DNA from: an uncultured Muribaculaceae bacterium
Lineage (GTDB): Bacteria; Bacillota_I; Bacilli_A; RF39; UBA660
Reading direction: 5' to 3'
Assembly: GCA_964585265.1 (NCBI GenBank)
Contig: CAZPCX010000001.1
Location: 1 to 32,424, forward strand
DNA length: 32,424 nt
This document shows positions 1 through 8,962 of the stretch, piece after piece. A program made the translations under genes and the position numbers. The notes under the pieces are model-generated. The model worked only from the letters and a program-made list of their open reading frames with translations. It had not been told where the DNA came from and did no database searches. Position 1 is the first letter of the stretch. Each line of letters opens with the position of its first letter.

Positions 1-2553
1 TTCTCCAAATATTGCATGTAATAATTTTTCTTCAGAAGTTAATTCAACCATCCCTTTTGGAGTTACTTTACCAACTAATATGTCTCCTTCTTTTACTTCT
101 GTACCAATTCTTACTATTCCGCTATCATTTAAATTCTTTCTAGCATTTTCACTAACATTTGGAATATCCCTAGTTATTTCCTCAGGACCAAGCTTAGTGT
201 CTCTGCATTGAATTTCATAATTTTCTATCTTCAACGATGTATATACATCATCTTTAACTAATCTTTCGTTTAATATAACAGCATCTTCATAGTTATATCC
301 TTCAAATGTCATTATAGCTACAACTACATTCTTTCCTAATGCTAATTCGCCTTTATCTGTACTTGGACCATCTGCTATTACCATACCTCTTGTTACAAGA
401 TCACCTTTTCTAACTATTGGTTTTTGGTGATAACATGTAGCAATATTTGATCTTTCATAATTTAATAAATGATAAATATCTTTTCCTAGAGCATTCTTTA
501 CTACTATTTTTCTAGAATCAGAATATTCAACTACACCATCTGCTTTAGCAACTATAACTGCTCCACTATCTTTTGCAGCTATATGTTCTACTCCAGTTGC
601 TACTATTGGCGCTTCTGTTGTTAACAATGGTAGTGACTGACGTTGCATGTTTGCACCCATCAATGCTCTTGTAGCATCATCGTGTTCTAAGAATGGTATA
701 CAACTTGCTGTAATTGATACTATTTGTTGTGGTGAAACATCAATATAATTAACTGTATCTTTATTAACAATAATAGTTTCGCCTTTATAACGAGCTGTAA
801 CAGTCTTATCTGTTATTTTCTTGTCCTTGTCTATATTAATTGTTGCTTGAGAAATTACATAATCATTTTCTTCATCTGCAGTTAAATAATCAACATCCTC
901 AAGTAATTGTCCATCTTTAACTCTTAAATATGGAGTCATTATAAATCCATAGTCATTAACTTTTGCATAACTTGCTAAAGATGTTATTAATCCGATGTTT
1001 TGACCTTCTGGAGATTCAATAGGACATATTCTTCCATAATGTGAAACATTTACATCTCTAACTTCCATTCCAGCTCTATCTCTAGATAATCCTCCAGGTC
1101 CTAAAGCTGATAAACGTCTTTTATTAGTAAGTTCTGCAATCGGATTAATTTGATCCATAAATTGTGATAATTGAGAAGAACCAAACAATTCTTTAATTAT
1201 TGCTGTTAATGGTCTAATATTAATTAATGCTTTTGGATTTACTGTTGCTAAATCAACCGTACTCATCTTATCTCTTATTATTCTTTCCATTCTAGCAATA
1301 CCAATTCTAAATTGGTTTTGTAATAATTCTCCAACTTGTCTAACACGTCTGTTTGCTAAATGATCTATTTCATCTAAGTTACCAATTCCATGTAATAAAT
1401 TTAAGTAGTATGAAACTGAAGCATATATATCAGAAATAGTTAATCTCTTTGCACTTATGCTTTGATCATTACCAATTATTTTTATAATTTCATTATCATT
1501 TGTCTTATCGTATACTTTAATAATTTGTACATTATCAAAAGTATCTAATTCATCATTGATTAGAACTCTCTTTAATCCATATCCATCTTTAATATGTGGT
1601 CTAATTTTTTCAAGTATTTCTTTAGTGATTACTGTGCCTTTTTCAATTATTGTTTTGTTTTTAACTTTTATTGACTCTGCTATCTTACAATCTAAAAGTC
1701 TATCACAAACATCTAACTTTTTATTGAATTTATAGCGTCCTACTTTTGCAAGATCATATCTAAATTCATCAAAAAATCTTGTAATTAATTGATTTTTTGC
1801 ACTATCTAATGTTGCAGGCTCACCTGGTCTTAATTTTTCATATATTTCTATTAATGCTTCATCTGTATTCTTAGTGGAATCTTTTGCCATTGTATTAACA
1901 ATATAACGCTCTTCTCCAAACAATTCAATAATATCTTCATCTGAAGATAAACCAAATGCTCTTAATAAAGTGGTTATTGGAACTTTTCTAGTCCTATCTA
2001 TTCTTACATATATAACGTCTTTAGCATCAATTTCATATTCAAGCCAAGTTCCTCTAGTAGGTATTACTTGTGACATGAATACTTCTCTACCATTTTTATC
2101 TGTTTCTTTTGTAAAATAAACACTTGGTGATCTAACTAATTGTGAAACTATAACTCTTTCTGCACCATTAACTATAAAAGTGCCACCATCAGTCATTAAT
2201 GGCATATCTCCTAAGAATATATCTTGTTCTTTAACTTCTCCAGTTTCTTTGTTTAATAGCTTCGCTTGTACTATTAAAGGAGATGCATATGTTAAATTTC
2301 TATCTTTGCATTCTTTTATAGAATGTCTAGGTGTTTCAAAAACGTAATCTCCAAAATCTAATTTCAGATTACCTGAAAAACTTTCGATTGGAAATAAATC
2401 ACCTATAACTTCTTTTATGCCTTCAGTAGCAAAAGTTTCATATGATTTCTTTTGAATATCCAACAAATTAGCCAATTCCAAGAAATTGCCTACTTTTGAG
2501 AATGTAGCCCTTTCGCGATGTGAACCAAACATTTTTAACTTATAACTCATCAT
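1..2553 (-). CDS. rpoB: DNA-directed RNA polymerase beta subunit, N-terminal ~851 codons; the C-terminus runs off the window
   Basis: The minus-strand frame from ATG at 2551-2553 reads [21 protein letters not shown]... It contains [43 protein letters not shown] (rc of ~1010-1120), a hallmark RpoB motif. The frame is open to position 1. It is absent from the ORF track because it is partial. Synteny is rplL-ybxB-rpoB. Confidence 0.97.
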   Translation of the reverse strand, partial: MMSYKLKMFGSHRERATFSKVGNFLELANLLDIQKKSYETFATEGIKEVIGDLFPIESFSGNLKLDFGDYVFETPRHSIKECKDRNLTYASPLIVQAKLLNKETGEVKEQDIFLGDMPLMTDGGTFIVNGAERVIVSQLVRSPSVYFTKETDKNGREVFMSQVIPTRGTWLEYEIDAKDVIYVRIDRTRKVPITTLLRAFGLSSDEDIIELFGEERYIVNTMAKDSTKNTDEALIEIYEKLRPGEPATLDSAKNQLITRFFDEFRYDLAKVGRYKFNKKLDVCDRLLDCKIAESIKVKNKTIIEKGTVITKEILEKIRPHIKDGYGLKRVLINDELDTFDNVQIIKVYDKTNDNEIIKIIGNDQSISAKRLTISDIYASVSYYLNLLHGIGNLDEIDHLANRRVRQVGELLQNQFRIGIARMERIIRDKMSTVDLATVNPKALINIRPLTAIIKELFGSSQLSQFMDQINPIAELTNKRRLSALGPGGLSRDRAGMEVRDVNVSHYGRICPIESPEGQNIGLITSLASYAKVNDYGFIMTPYLRVKDGQLLEDVDYLTADEENDYVISQATINIDKDKKITDKTVTARYKGETIIVNKDTVNYIDVSPQQIVSITASCIPFLEHDDATRALMGANMQRQSLPLLTTEAPIVATGVEHIAAKDSGAVIVAKADGVVEYSDSRKIVVKNALGKDIYHLLNYERSNIATCYHQKPIVRKGDLVTRGMVIADGPSTDKGELALGKNVVVAIMTFEGYNYEDAVILNERLVKDDVYTSLKIENYEIQCRDTKLGPEEITRDIPNVSENARKNLNDSGIVRIGTEVKEGDILVGKVTPKGMVELTSEEKLLHAIFGE

Positions 2554-2612
2554 TTCACCCCACATAATTATTTCAAAGAACCATTACAATAAAGATTTGG
2601 TACTAATTTTAG

Positions 2613-2641
2613 ATTTTACCAAAATAATATTAACAAGTCAA
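2613..2641 (-). promoter_or_regulatory. Sigma-A type promoter upstream of rpoB (TTGACT-17 nt-TAAAAT, with a TGn extended -10)
   Basis: The rc of 2611-2645 reads tttgTTGACTtgttaatattattttggTAAAATct, with an exact 17-nt spacer. It lies in the ybxB-rpoB intergenic gap. Confidence 0.55.
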
Positions 2642-2669
2642 CAAAAACATCGTATTTATTTGCTTTTAT

Positions 2670-3248
2670 CTATTTTTCAGCCGTTATAATACAATATCCT
2701 TTTTTCTTGTTTATAATTTTGACGCTATAAAATTTTTCCAGTTCTTTATTCAAAGATTTAGCTCCTTGTTCTTTTCTTATTACCAATATTAATTTACCTT
2801 CTTTTTTTAAATGATCTTTTGCACTTATTAGAAGATTGTACAGCTTTTCTTTTCCTATTCTAATAGGAGGATTAGTTACAATATAATCATATTCTGAAAC
2901 TATATTTTCATAACCATCACTTTCAAATGCATTAATATTATTTAAATTGTGTAATTCTATGTTTTTATTTGCAAGTACTATTGCTCTTTTATTAACATCA
3001 ACCATATCAACTTTCACATCATAATTACTTCTTAAATATATACCTATTACTCCATATCCACATCCTAAATCAAGAACGTTTCCATGAATATTAGTTATAC
3101 TCTCTAATAATAACTTTGTGCCAAAATCAATTTTATCTTTTGAAAAAAGGTTGTTATCAGTATAAAAAGCATATTCTTTTTTGTTAATAATTGACTTAAT
3201 TGTTTTAACATCTGACTTTACTTCATCATTTGTAAAATAATGAGACAA
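2670..3248 (-). CDS. ybxB: Class I SAM-dependent (RsmC/YbxB-like) rRNA methyltransferase
   Basis: It has the SAM-binding motif VLDLGCGYGVIG and the catalytic TNPPIRIGK (NPPxH/R-type) motif. It sits between rplL and rpoB, as ybxB does in Bacillus. The start is TTG at 3246-3248, 5 nt after AGAGGTG. Confidence 0.8.
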   Translation of the reverse strand: MSHYFTNDEVKSDVKTIKSIINKKEYAFYTDNNLFSKDKIDFGTKLLLESITNIHGNVLDLGCGYGVIGIYLRSNYDVKVDMVDVNKRAIVLANKNIELHNLNNINAFESDGYENIVSEYDYIVTNPPIRIGKEKLYNLLISAKDHLKKEGKLILVIRKEQGAKSLNKELEKFYSVKIINKKKGYCIITAEK

Positions 3249-3274
3249 TATTACACCTCTGTTCTTAAATACGC

Positions 3275-3300
3275 AAAAACCTATACTTTATTTGTATAGG
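3275..3300 (-). terminator. Rho-independent terminator after rplL
   Basis: The minus-strand RNA reads CCUAUAC-AAAUAAA-GUAUAGG followed by UUUUU. The stem is 7 bp and starts 13 nt after the rplL stop. Confidence 0.6.
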
Positions 3301-3312
3301 CCTATATGTTTA

Positions 3313-3678
3313 TTACTTTAATTCTACTGTTGCTCCGGCTTCTTCAAGTTGTGCTTTTAAACTTTCAGCATCTTCTTTAGAAATTCCTTCTTTGATGTTT
3401 CCGCCAGCTTCAGTTAAATTCTTAGCATCTACTAATCCAAGACCAGTAGCTTCTCTAACAATCTTTATAACTGCAATTTTATTTGCTCCAGCTCCATTTA
3501 ATACTACATCAAATTTAGTTTTTTCTTCAACTGGTGCAGCAGCAACTGGTGCAGCAGAAGATACAGCGCTTGGATCTACTCCGAATTCTTCTTTCATTGC
3601 GTCTACTAATTCTTTAATTTCTAGTAAACTCATTCCTTTAAGAGATTCAATAAAACTTTCTTTTGTTAACTTTTCCAT
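3313..3678 (-). CDS. rplL: 50S ribosomal protein L7/L12
   Basis: [34 protein letters not shown]...[11 protein letters not shown] hinge...[10 protein letters not shown]...[10 protein letters not shown] chose the second ATG (3678) because GGAGG is 8 nt upstream of it. The track start at 3684 is only 2 nt from the SD. Confidence 0.95.
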   Translation of the reverse strand: MEKLTKESFIESLKGMSLLEIKELVDAMKEEFGVDPSAVSSAAPVAAAPVEEKTKFDVVLNGAGANKIAVIKIVREATGLGLVDAKNLTEAGGNIKEGISKEDAESLKAQLEEAGATVELK

Positions 3679-3695
3679 ATTCATTTCCTCCTTCT

Positions 3696-4187
3696 TTAAT
3701 TTTCTTTAGTTTCAGCATATAAATTTAATGCTATGCTCAAATCTTTAACTATTCCTATCATACTACCAGCAAGCATTGTTAATAGTACTTCTCTTGAAGG
3801 TATGCTTGCAAGCTTTGATATTACATCTAATGTAGAAATCTTACCTTCTACAATACCACCCTTAATAACTAATAACTGATTCTTTTTTGAGTATTCAGAT
3901 AATACTTTAATTGGTGATACTACATCTTTACCAAATGCTATTGCGTTTGGACCAGCAACACATTCATCTATTGTTAAATTTAAATCATCAAGCGCTCTTT
4001 TTGTAAGTGTGTTTTTGTATATTTTCATATCAGAATTTGTTTCTCTTAATTTTTTTCTTATTTCAGTAATTTCTTCGTCACTTAATCCTCTATAATCAAA
4101 GAATATAATTGAAGATGAATCTTTTACTTTTTCAGTAATTTCAGATACTACATTCTTCTTCTTATCTAATACTTCTTTATTAGCCAT
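3696..4187 (-). CDS. rplJ: 50S ribosomal protein L10
   Basis: The product is L10-like ([27 protein letters not shown]..., 163 aa) and lies directly upstream of rplL. The RBS is AAAGGAGG. Confidence 0.95.
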   Translation of the reverse strand: MANKEVLDKKKNVVSEITEKVKDSSSIIFFDYRGLSDEEITEIRKKLRETNSDMKIYKNTLTKRALDDLNLTIDECVAGPNAIAFGKDVVSPIKVLSEYSKKNQLLVIKGGIVEGKISTLDVISKLASIPSREVLLTMLAGSMIGIVKDLSIALNLYAETKEN

Positions 4188-4316
4188 ATTAACCTCCTTT
4201 ATATATTAAAAGCTCCCATATTTCCATACGAGAGCTACCATAACCTAAGTTATTATATCTCCCTAAGTAGGAATTATGCTTTTGCACCTACCGTCTATGG
4301 GTAAACTTTTTATTCG
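4188..4316 (-). promoter_or_regulatory. Probable rplJ (L10) leader with an attenuator-like hairpin
   Basis: The 5' UTR is about 125 nt, between a consensus promoter and rplJ. Minus-strand RNA shows GUAGG/CCUAC and CCCAUA/UAUGGG pairings. There is also a terminator-like AGCUC-N16-GAGCU-UUUU (plus coordinates 4208-4236) just before the RBS. Bacillota regulate rplJL through an L10 leader. This was not verified with a covariance model. Confidence 0.5.
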
Positions 4317-4322
4317 AATTTT

Positions 4323-4351
4323 ATTATATCTTATATATCTTTATTTGTCAA
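4323..4351 (-). promoter_or_regulatory. Perfect-consensus sigma-A promoter for rplJ-rplL (TTGACA-17 nt-TATAAT)
   Basis: The rc of 4321-4360 reads taaattcctTTGACAaataaagatatataagaTATAATaa. The -35 element (4346-4351) lies in the last codons of rplA and the spacer covers the rplA stop codon (4341-4343). Confidence 0.7.
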
Positions 4352-5033
4352 AGGAATTTATATCAATTTTAATTCCAGGACCCATTGTAGAAGAAATTGA
4401 TATATTTTTAATATATGTTCCCTTTACACTGTTTGGTTTACTCTTTATAACCATTTCAACGAATGAAACTAAGTTTTCAAGTAATTTTGATTCATCAAAT
4501 GAAGCTTTTCCAATTATTGAATGTATATTACCAAATGTATCTGTTTTATATTCTACTCTACCTTTTTTAATTTCAGATACTGTTTTTTCAACATCAGTAG
4601 TAACTGTTCCAACTTTTGGATTAGGCATTAATCCTCTTGGTCCTAATACTTTTCCTAATTTTCCTAAACTAGGCATCATATCTGGAGTAGCAATCATTAT
4701 ATCGAAATCTAACCAATTTTCTTTTTCTATTTTTTCTAATATATCAGCATCTCCAACATAATCTGCTCCTGCTGCTTTAGCAATCTTTGCATTTTCACCC
4801 TTTGTAACAACTAATATCTTTTTTGACTTTCCTGTACCATTGGGTAATACTATTGCACCTCTTAGTTGTTGATCACTCTTCTTTAAATCAAGATTTAAAT
4901 TAACTGCTATTTCAACAGTTCCATCAAATTTTGAAGTACTTGTTTCTTTTACTAATTTTACTGCTTCTTCTTTTAAGTATGACTTTGTTCTATCAACCTT
5001 CTTAGAAGCTTCTAAATATTTCTTTCCTTTCAT
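4341..5033 (-). CDS. rplA: 50S ribosomal protein L1
   Basis: MKGKKYLEASKKVDRTKSY...GTVEIAVNLNLD...LGPRGLMPNPKVGTVT is a typical L1. The RBS is GAAGGAGG. Confidence 0.97.
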   Translation of the reverse strand: MKGKKYLEASKKVDRTKSYLKEEAVKLVKETSTSKFDGTVEIAVNLNLDLKKSDQQLRGAIVLPNGTGKSKKILVVTKGENAKIAKAAGADYVGDADILEKIEKENWLDFDIMIATPDMMPSLGKLGKVLGPRGLMPNPKVGTVTTDVEKTVSEIKKGRVEYKTDTFGNIHSIIGKASFDESKLLENLVSFVEMVIKSKPNSVKGTYIKNISISSTMGPGIKIDINSFDK

Positions 5034-5085
5034 AAATCCTCCTTCTGTGGTTATTTCGGTTTTCCTCCCACATAGAATAGTTATA

Positions 5086-5511
5086 CTATTCTTCTATTCC
5101 AATTCCCATGTTATGAGCAGTTCCTTCAATTATCTTCATTGCTTGTTCTACATCATAAGCATTTAAGTCCTCTTTTTTTATTTCTGCTATTTCTTTTAAT
5201 TGTGCTCTATTTATTTTTGCTACTATTTCGTTATGTCCTTTTGATCCTGCTTTTTCCACTTTTGCAAATTTCTTTAATAGAAATGCTGCTGGTGGAGTTT
5301 TTAATTTGAAATCATAAGAACGATCATCATAAATATATAACTCAACAGGTAATATATCACCCATCTTGTCTTTTGTTGCATCATTAAATCTTACACAGAA
5401 CTCTTGTAAATTTATTCCTGCAGGGCCTAAAACTGTTCCAACTGGTGGAGCAGGTGTTGCTTTTCCAGCAGGTATTTGTAATTTTATTTTTTTTACTACT
5501 TCTTTTGCCAT
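5086..5511 (-). CDS. rplK: 50S ribosomal protein L11
   Basis: [43 protein letters not shown] is a canonical L11 N-terminus. The RBS is AGGAGGTG. Confidence 0.97.
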   Translation of the reverse strand: MAKEVVKKIKLQIPAGKATPAPPVGTVLGPAGINLQEFCVRFNDATKDKMGDILPVELYIYDDRSYDFKLKTPPAAFLLKKFAKVEKAGSKGHNEIVAKINRAQLKEIAEIKKEDLNAYDVEQAMKIIEGTAHNMGIGIEE

Positions 5512-5564
5512 GAAAACACCTCCTAAATTTATTTTTATTTAACATATAAATATATAGCAATGAT

Positions 5565-5593
5565 ATTCTATCACTATATATTAATATTATCAA
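5565..5593 (-). promoter_or_regulatory. Sigma-A type promoter for rplK-rplA (TTGATA-17 nt-TAGAAT, with a TGn extended -10)
   Basis: The rc of 5561-5595 reads tatTGATAatattaatatatagtgaTAGAATatca, in the nusG-rplK gap. Confidence 0.6.
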
Positions 5594-5600
5594 TACATAT

Positions 5601-6140
5601 TTACTTTATTTTTTCAATTTGGAATAAGTCTACTTCGATAGGAGTTTCTTGACCAAATAAATCTATTAATACTCTTAACTTTTGTTTTGCTAAATCTATT
5701 TCTTCAATCTTACCTACCATTGTCTTAAATGGACCATCTACAATTCTAACTTCATTACCTACTTCTATTTCCTTAGCTATATCAAATCTACTCATACCCA
5801 TATTACCTAATATAAGATCTATTTCTTTTGGAAATAATGGTATTGGTTTTGCCCCTTTACCACTTGATCCAATAAATCCAGTAACACCGGGAGTATTTCT
5901 AACTACATACCAAGCCTCATCAGACATTACCATTTCAACAAGTAAATAACCTGGAAACATCTTTTTAAGCTTTTCTTTAGTAACTCCATCTTTAATTTCT
6001 ATCTCTTTTTGCTCTGGAACAATAACTCTATAAATAAAGTCTTGCATATTCATAGAATTTATTCTCATTTCTAATTTTTCTTTTACTTTACTCTCATGAC
6101 CTGAATAAGTGTTTACAACATACCATTGTTTTGTTTCCAT
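5601..6140 (-). CDS. nusG: Transcription termination/antitermination factor NusG
   Basis: It has WYVVNTYSGHESKVKEKL (NGN domain) and a C-terminal KOW (VRIVDGPFKTMVGKIEEID). Synteny is secE-nusG-rplK. Confidence 0.97.
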   Translation of the reverse strand: METKQWYVVNTYSGHESKVKEKLEMRINSMNMQDFIYRVIVPEQKEIEIKDGVTKEKLKKMFPGYLLVEMVMSDEAWYVVRNTPGVTGFIGSSGKGAKPIPLFPKEIDLILGNMGMSRFDIAKEIEVGNEVRIVDGPFKTMVGKIEEIDLAKQKLRVLIDLFGQETPIEVDLFQIEKIK

Positions 6141-6141
6141 A

Positions 6142-6321
6142 TTAACTCACCAAACTCTTTAAGTAAGCAAAAATTAAATCTAGAGAAAAGAAAAATAAAG
6201 CAAAAAATATTATGAATATAATTGTAGTTATTGAATATTTTACCATTTCTTTTTTACTTGGCCATTTAACTTTTTCCATTTCTTTTTTAATGCCAGTAAA
6301 AAAGTTTGATACCTTACTCAT
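6142..6321 (-). CDS. secE: Preprotein translocase subunit SecE
   Basis: MSKVSNFFTGIKKEMEKVKWPSKKEMVKYSITTIIFIIFFALFFF has the single TM and KV.WPS motif typical of short SecE. I prefer ATG at 6321 (GGTGGG 5 nt upstream) over the track's TTG at 6339. Confidence 0.85.
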   Translation of the reverse strand: MSKVSNFFTGIKKEMEKVKWPSKKEMVKYSITTIIFIIFFALFFFSLDLIFAYLKSLVS

Positions 6322-6369
6322 ATTATCCCACCTTTTCAAAATAAAAACACCTCTACGTGCTTCGAATTG

Positions 6370-6398
6370 ATATTAACATAATACCTTTTCAAAGTCAA
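6370..6398 (-). promoter_or_regulatory. Sigma-A type promoter for secE-nusG (TTGACT-17 nt-TAATAT, with a TGn extended -10)
   Basis: The rc of 6366-6400 reads tgTTGACTttgaaaaggtattatgtTAATATcaat. Confidence 0.6.
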
Positions 6399-6405
6399 CA
6401 AATAT

Positions 6406-7011
6406 TTATAATGTAGATAATATCTTTTTTATCTTTGTTTTTATTCTTTGTATTGCTGTATCAACCGATTTATAACTCTTATTTATAATCCCACATATTT
6501 CTTTGTAATCAAAACCATTTATTTTTAAATTAAATACTTCTTTTTCGAGTTCTGTAAGATTTTCGATTATTTTTTTATATAATTCTTCTACTCTTTCTTT
6601 ATTTTCAATATATACACCAGGATCAGAATTTTTATCAAATACGAAATTCAATAAACTGAAATCATCATCAAATGTATTATCTAACGATAATGAATCGTTT
6701 AATATTGTATGTTTCTTTCTGCTTGCCTTAGTCAATACTGAGAATATTTGTCTTTCTATACAAATATTTGCAAATGTTGAGAATTTTGTTTCTTTTGAAA
6801 CCTTAAATCCTTCAATTGCTTCACTAAGACCAACCATTCCTTCTTGATATAAATCTGAATATTCTAAGCCAAGTTTATTAGCATATTTTAAATATTTTTT
6901 TATTTTCATAGAAACAATATTTTTATATTTTTCATAAATTATATTTAATGCTTCTTCATTTGATTCGCTGATTAAATACAAAAGCTCATTGTCTTCATAA
7001 TTCTTGTACAT
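6406..7011 (-). CDS. sigH: Sigma-70 family RNA polymerase sigma factor, SigH-like by position
   Basis: It has region 2 (DLYQEGMVGLSEAIEGF...FSTFANICIERQI) and a region 4 HTH (YKEICGIINKSYKSVDTAIQRIKTKI). It sits between rlmB and secE, exactly where sigH lies in Bacillus. The symbol is assigned from synteny. Confidence 0.75.
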   Translation of the reverse strand: MYKNYEDNELLYLISESNEEALNIIYEKYKNIVSMKIKKYLKYANKLGLEYSDLYQEGMVGLSEAIEGFKVSKETKFSTFANICIERQIFSVLTKASRKKHTILNDSLSLDNTFDDDFSLLNFVFDKNSDPGVYIENKERVEELYKKIIENLTELEKEVFNLKINGFDYKEICGIINKSYKSVDTAIQRIKTKIKKILSTL

Positions 7012-7020
7012 ATTTGCCCC

Positions 7021-7716
7021 CTATTGTTTTTCGACTATTTTATATATTAATATCCCTGCTGCTACTGATGCATTTAAACTATTAATTTTACCTTTCATTG
7101 GTATATTTATAACAATATCGCAATTTTCTTTTAGCAGTCTACTTATTCCAAATCCTTCACTACCTATTATTAGTACGATTGGCATATTGTAATCAACTTG
7201 TCTGTAATCAACACTATCCTCTAGATCACTACCTATTATCCAATAACCTTTCTCTTTTAGTTCGTTAATAGTACTTACTAAGTTTGTTACCTTACATATT
7301 TTTGTATTATTAAGTGCTCCTGCACTTGTCTTCATAACTGTTGAATTAACTTCAACACTTCTATCTTTAGGAATAATTATTCCTGATACTCCAGCAGTTT
7401 CACACGTTCTTATAATAGCTCCAAAATTATGGGTATCTTCTAAATGATCTAACATTACTATTAATTTACAATCTTCACTTAATATTTCATTTAAATTTGA
7501 ATATTCAAAATCTGGAACATCCAATATTATACCCTGATGATTTCCGTTATCAATTTTATCTAATTCAAATTTATTTAAGAACTTTATACTAATATCTCTT
7601 TTTTGTACATCTTCAACTATATTTTTGTCATTAAAATTATCCAAAATCAATGCTTTGTTTACTTTTTTATTTGTTTTTAAATATTCAATTGCTACATTTT
7701 TACCAATTATATACAT
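7021..7716 (-). CDS. rlmB: TrmH/SpoU-family 23S rRNA 2'-O-methyltransferase (RlmB/YacO-like)
   Basis: It has SpoU motifs (LDHLEDTHNFGAIIRT, LIIGSEGFGIS, IPMKGKINSLNASVAAGILIY). Synteny is mrnC-rlmB-sigH. Confidence 0.85.
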   Translation of the reverse strand: MYIIGKNVAIEYLKTNKKVNKALILDNFNDKNIVEDVQKRDISIKFLNKFELDKIDNGNHQGIILDVPDFEYSNLNEILSEDCKLIVMLDHLEDTHNFGAIIRTCETAGVSGIIIPKDRSVEVNSTVMKTSAGALNNTKICKVTNLVSTINELKEKGYWIIGSDLEDSVDYRQVDYNMPIVLIIGSEGFGISRLLKENCDIVINIPMKGKINSLNASVAAGILIYKIVEKQ

Positions 7717-7724
7717 ATTTCTCC

Positions 7725-8096
7725 TTACTCTAAAATATTTTTCATTATTTCATTAATTCTATCTTTTTTTTCTTCTAAATATAAGTGACCAATTAAAGCC
7801 TCTAAACCAGTTGCATATTTATATGTAATTATATCAGTATTCTTAGGATGAGATTTAACTTTGCTATTTCTTGCTCTTTTAACTATATCGATTTCTGATT
7901 CTGTAAGTAGATTGTTACTAATTATTTTATCTAGATAAACACTTTGATTCTTTGCCGTTACATATCTCTTTGCTTCTTTTTGTAAATCATTAACGTTGTT
8001 TATTCCTTTATTAATTAGATGTTCTCTTACAAATAGTTCATAAATTGAATCTCCAATATATGCTAATACCAAAGTATTAACTTGATTTGTTTTCAT
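7725..8096 (-). CDS. mrnC: Mini-ribonuclease 3
   Basis: LAYIGDSIYELFVREHL and the ~120 aa size match Mini-III (YazC). It lies upstream of rlmB, as in Bacillus. Confidence 0.88.
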   Translation of the reverse strand: MKTNQVNTLVLAYIGDSIYELFVREHLINKGINNVNDLQKEAKRYVTAKNQSVYLDKIISNNLLTESEIDIVKRARNSKVKSHPKNTDIITYKYATGLEALIGHLYLEEKKDRINEIMKNILE

Positions 8097-8125
8097 AATA
8101 TCACCAATTACATTTTAACACATAT

Positions 8126-8150
8126 AAAAAGAAAGTTTTATTACTTTCTT
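8126..8150 (-). terminator. Weak rho-independent terminator after the divIC-like gene
   Basis: The minus-strand RNA reads AAGAAAGU-AAUAAA-ACUUUCUU followed by UUUAUAU. The 8-bp stem is AT-rich. Confidence 0.4.
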
Positions 8151-8173
8151 CTTATTACATCATATATTTGCAA

Positions 8174-8461
8174 TTATTGAATTCTTATATTAAATTCTCC
8201 ATCCTTTGAGAATAAATACTTTTCCCTTGCATATCTCGCAACATAATCAGGATCATTAAGTTTTTCAACTTCTAATTTTAAATATTGTTCTTCTTCCTCT
8301 AAATTCACTAATCTTTCTATAACAGTTTTTCTTTCTGCCTTTATATTTGAAATTTTGATACAAAGTGAAAATATGTTAATTATCATCAATAATATTAAAG
8401 ATAAAGTTAATATACTAATTATTAAAGTCTTTCTTTTTTCTTTTTTTGGAACATCTATCAT
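8174..8461 (-). CDS. divIC: Septum formation initiator (FtsB/DivIC family)
   Basis: It has an N-terminal TM (LIISILTLSLILLMIINIF), a coiled coil, and C-terminal DPDYVARYAREKYLFSKDGE, which is typical of DivIC/FtsB. Confidence 0.75.
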   Translation of the reverse strand: MIDVPKKEKRKTLIISILTLSLILLMIINIFSLCIKISNIKAERKTVIERLVNLEEEEQYLKLEVEKLNDPDYVARYAREKYLFSKDGEFNIRIQ

Positions 8462-8574
8462 AATATCACCTATAATACTACATTATATTATTATACGTAA
8501 CAAAAATCAAAGACTAATAATAAATATTACACATTTTTACAAAAAAAGCACATGCTATTGCAAATGCTTGTTTT

Positions 8575-8898
8575 TTATTCTTCAGTCTTTTCTTCAGAAC
8601 TTTCTTCTGTAGTTTCTTCTTGAGCAACTTCTTCAGTTACTTCACCTTGTTTTTCATATTCCGCTAAAATTTCTTGTTCAAACATTGATCTTATCTCAGG
8701 ATTAATTGGATGTGCTATATCTTTATAACCGCCAGTTGCTGTTTTACGACTTGGCATGGCGATAAACAAACCATTATCTCCTTCGATAATTCTAATATCG
8801 TGAACTGCAAAGCTATCATCTAATAGCACTGATGCAATTCCTTTCATTCTAGAGTTTTCCTTTTCGATTCTGCGAACATTTACCGATGTTATTTTCAA
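8575..8898 (-). CDS. spoVG: Regulatory protein SpoVG, with an acidic C-terminal tail
   Basis: (M)KITSVNVRRIEKENSRMKGIASVLLDDSFAVHDIRIIEGDNGLFIAMPSRKT..GGYKDIAHPIN is canonical SpoVG. The likely start is TTG at 8896-8898, 7 nt after GGAGAGG. The track's longer N-terminus (to 8946) looks spurious. Confidence 0.9.
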   Translation of the reverse strand: MKITSVNVRRIEKENSRMKGIASVLLDDSFAVHDIRIIEGDNGLFIAMPSRKTATGGYKDIAHPINPEIRSMFEQEILAEYEKQGEVTEEVAQEETTEESSEEKTEE

Positions 8899-8962
8899 GT
8901 ATATCCTCTCCTTTATATATATGTAATATACAATTCTAATATACACTAGTTAACAAAATAAA

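Noticed and set aside
1041-1048. Isolated half-sites: GTGAAACA in rpoB (1041-1048), TGTTTCAC in mnmE (25642-25649) and TATTTCCC in gyrA (20120-20127).
   Set aside because: The partner half is absent in each case. Single 8-mers are expected by chance within coding sequence, so they are not called parS or NBS.
5034-5085. The rplK-rplA intergenic segment considered as an L1-binding regulatory mimic.
   Set aside because: It is only about 50 nt, and I could not identify a convincing conserved structure by eye. I left it unannotated rather than guess.
5384-5593. A 69-aa same-strand out-of-frame ORF overlapping the rplK 5' end and its promoter.
   Set aside because: It overlaps a conserved gene and the predicted promoter and leader. 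It has no RBS and an implausible composition.
8899-8946. N-terminal extensions in the ORF track for spoVG, secE, gyrB, mnmE, tatD, rsmI, the 3D-domain protein, metG, rplL and yidC.
   Set aside because: In each case an internal start with a properly spaced Shine-Dalgarno sequence gives the conserved N-terminus of the family. The longer forms begin at TTG or GTG codons without an RBS.
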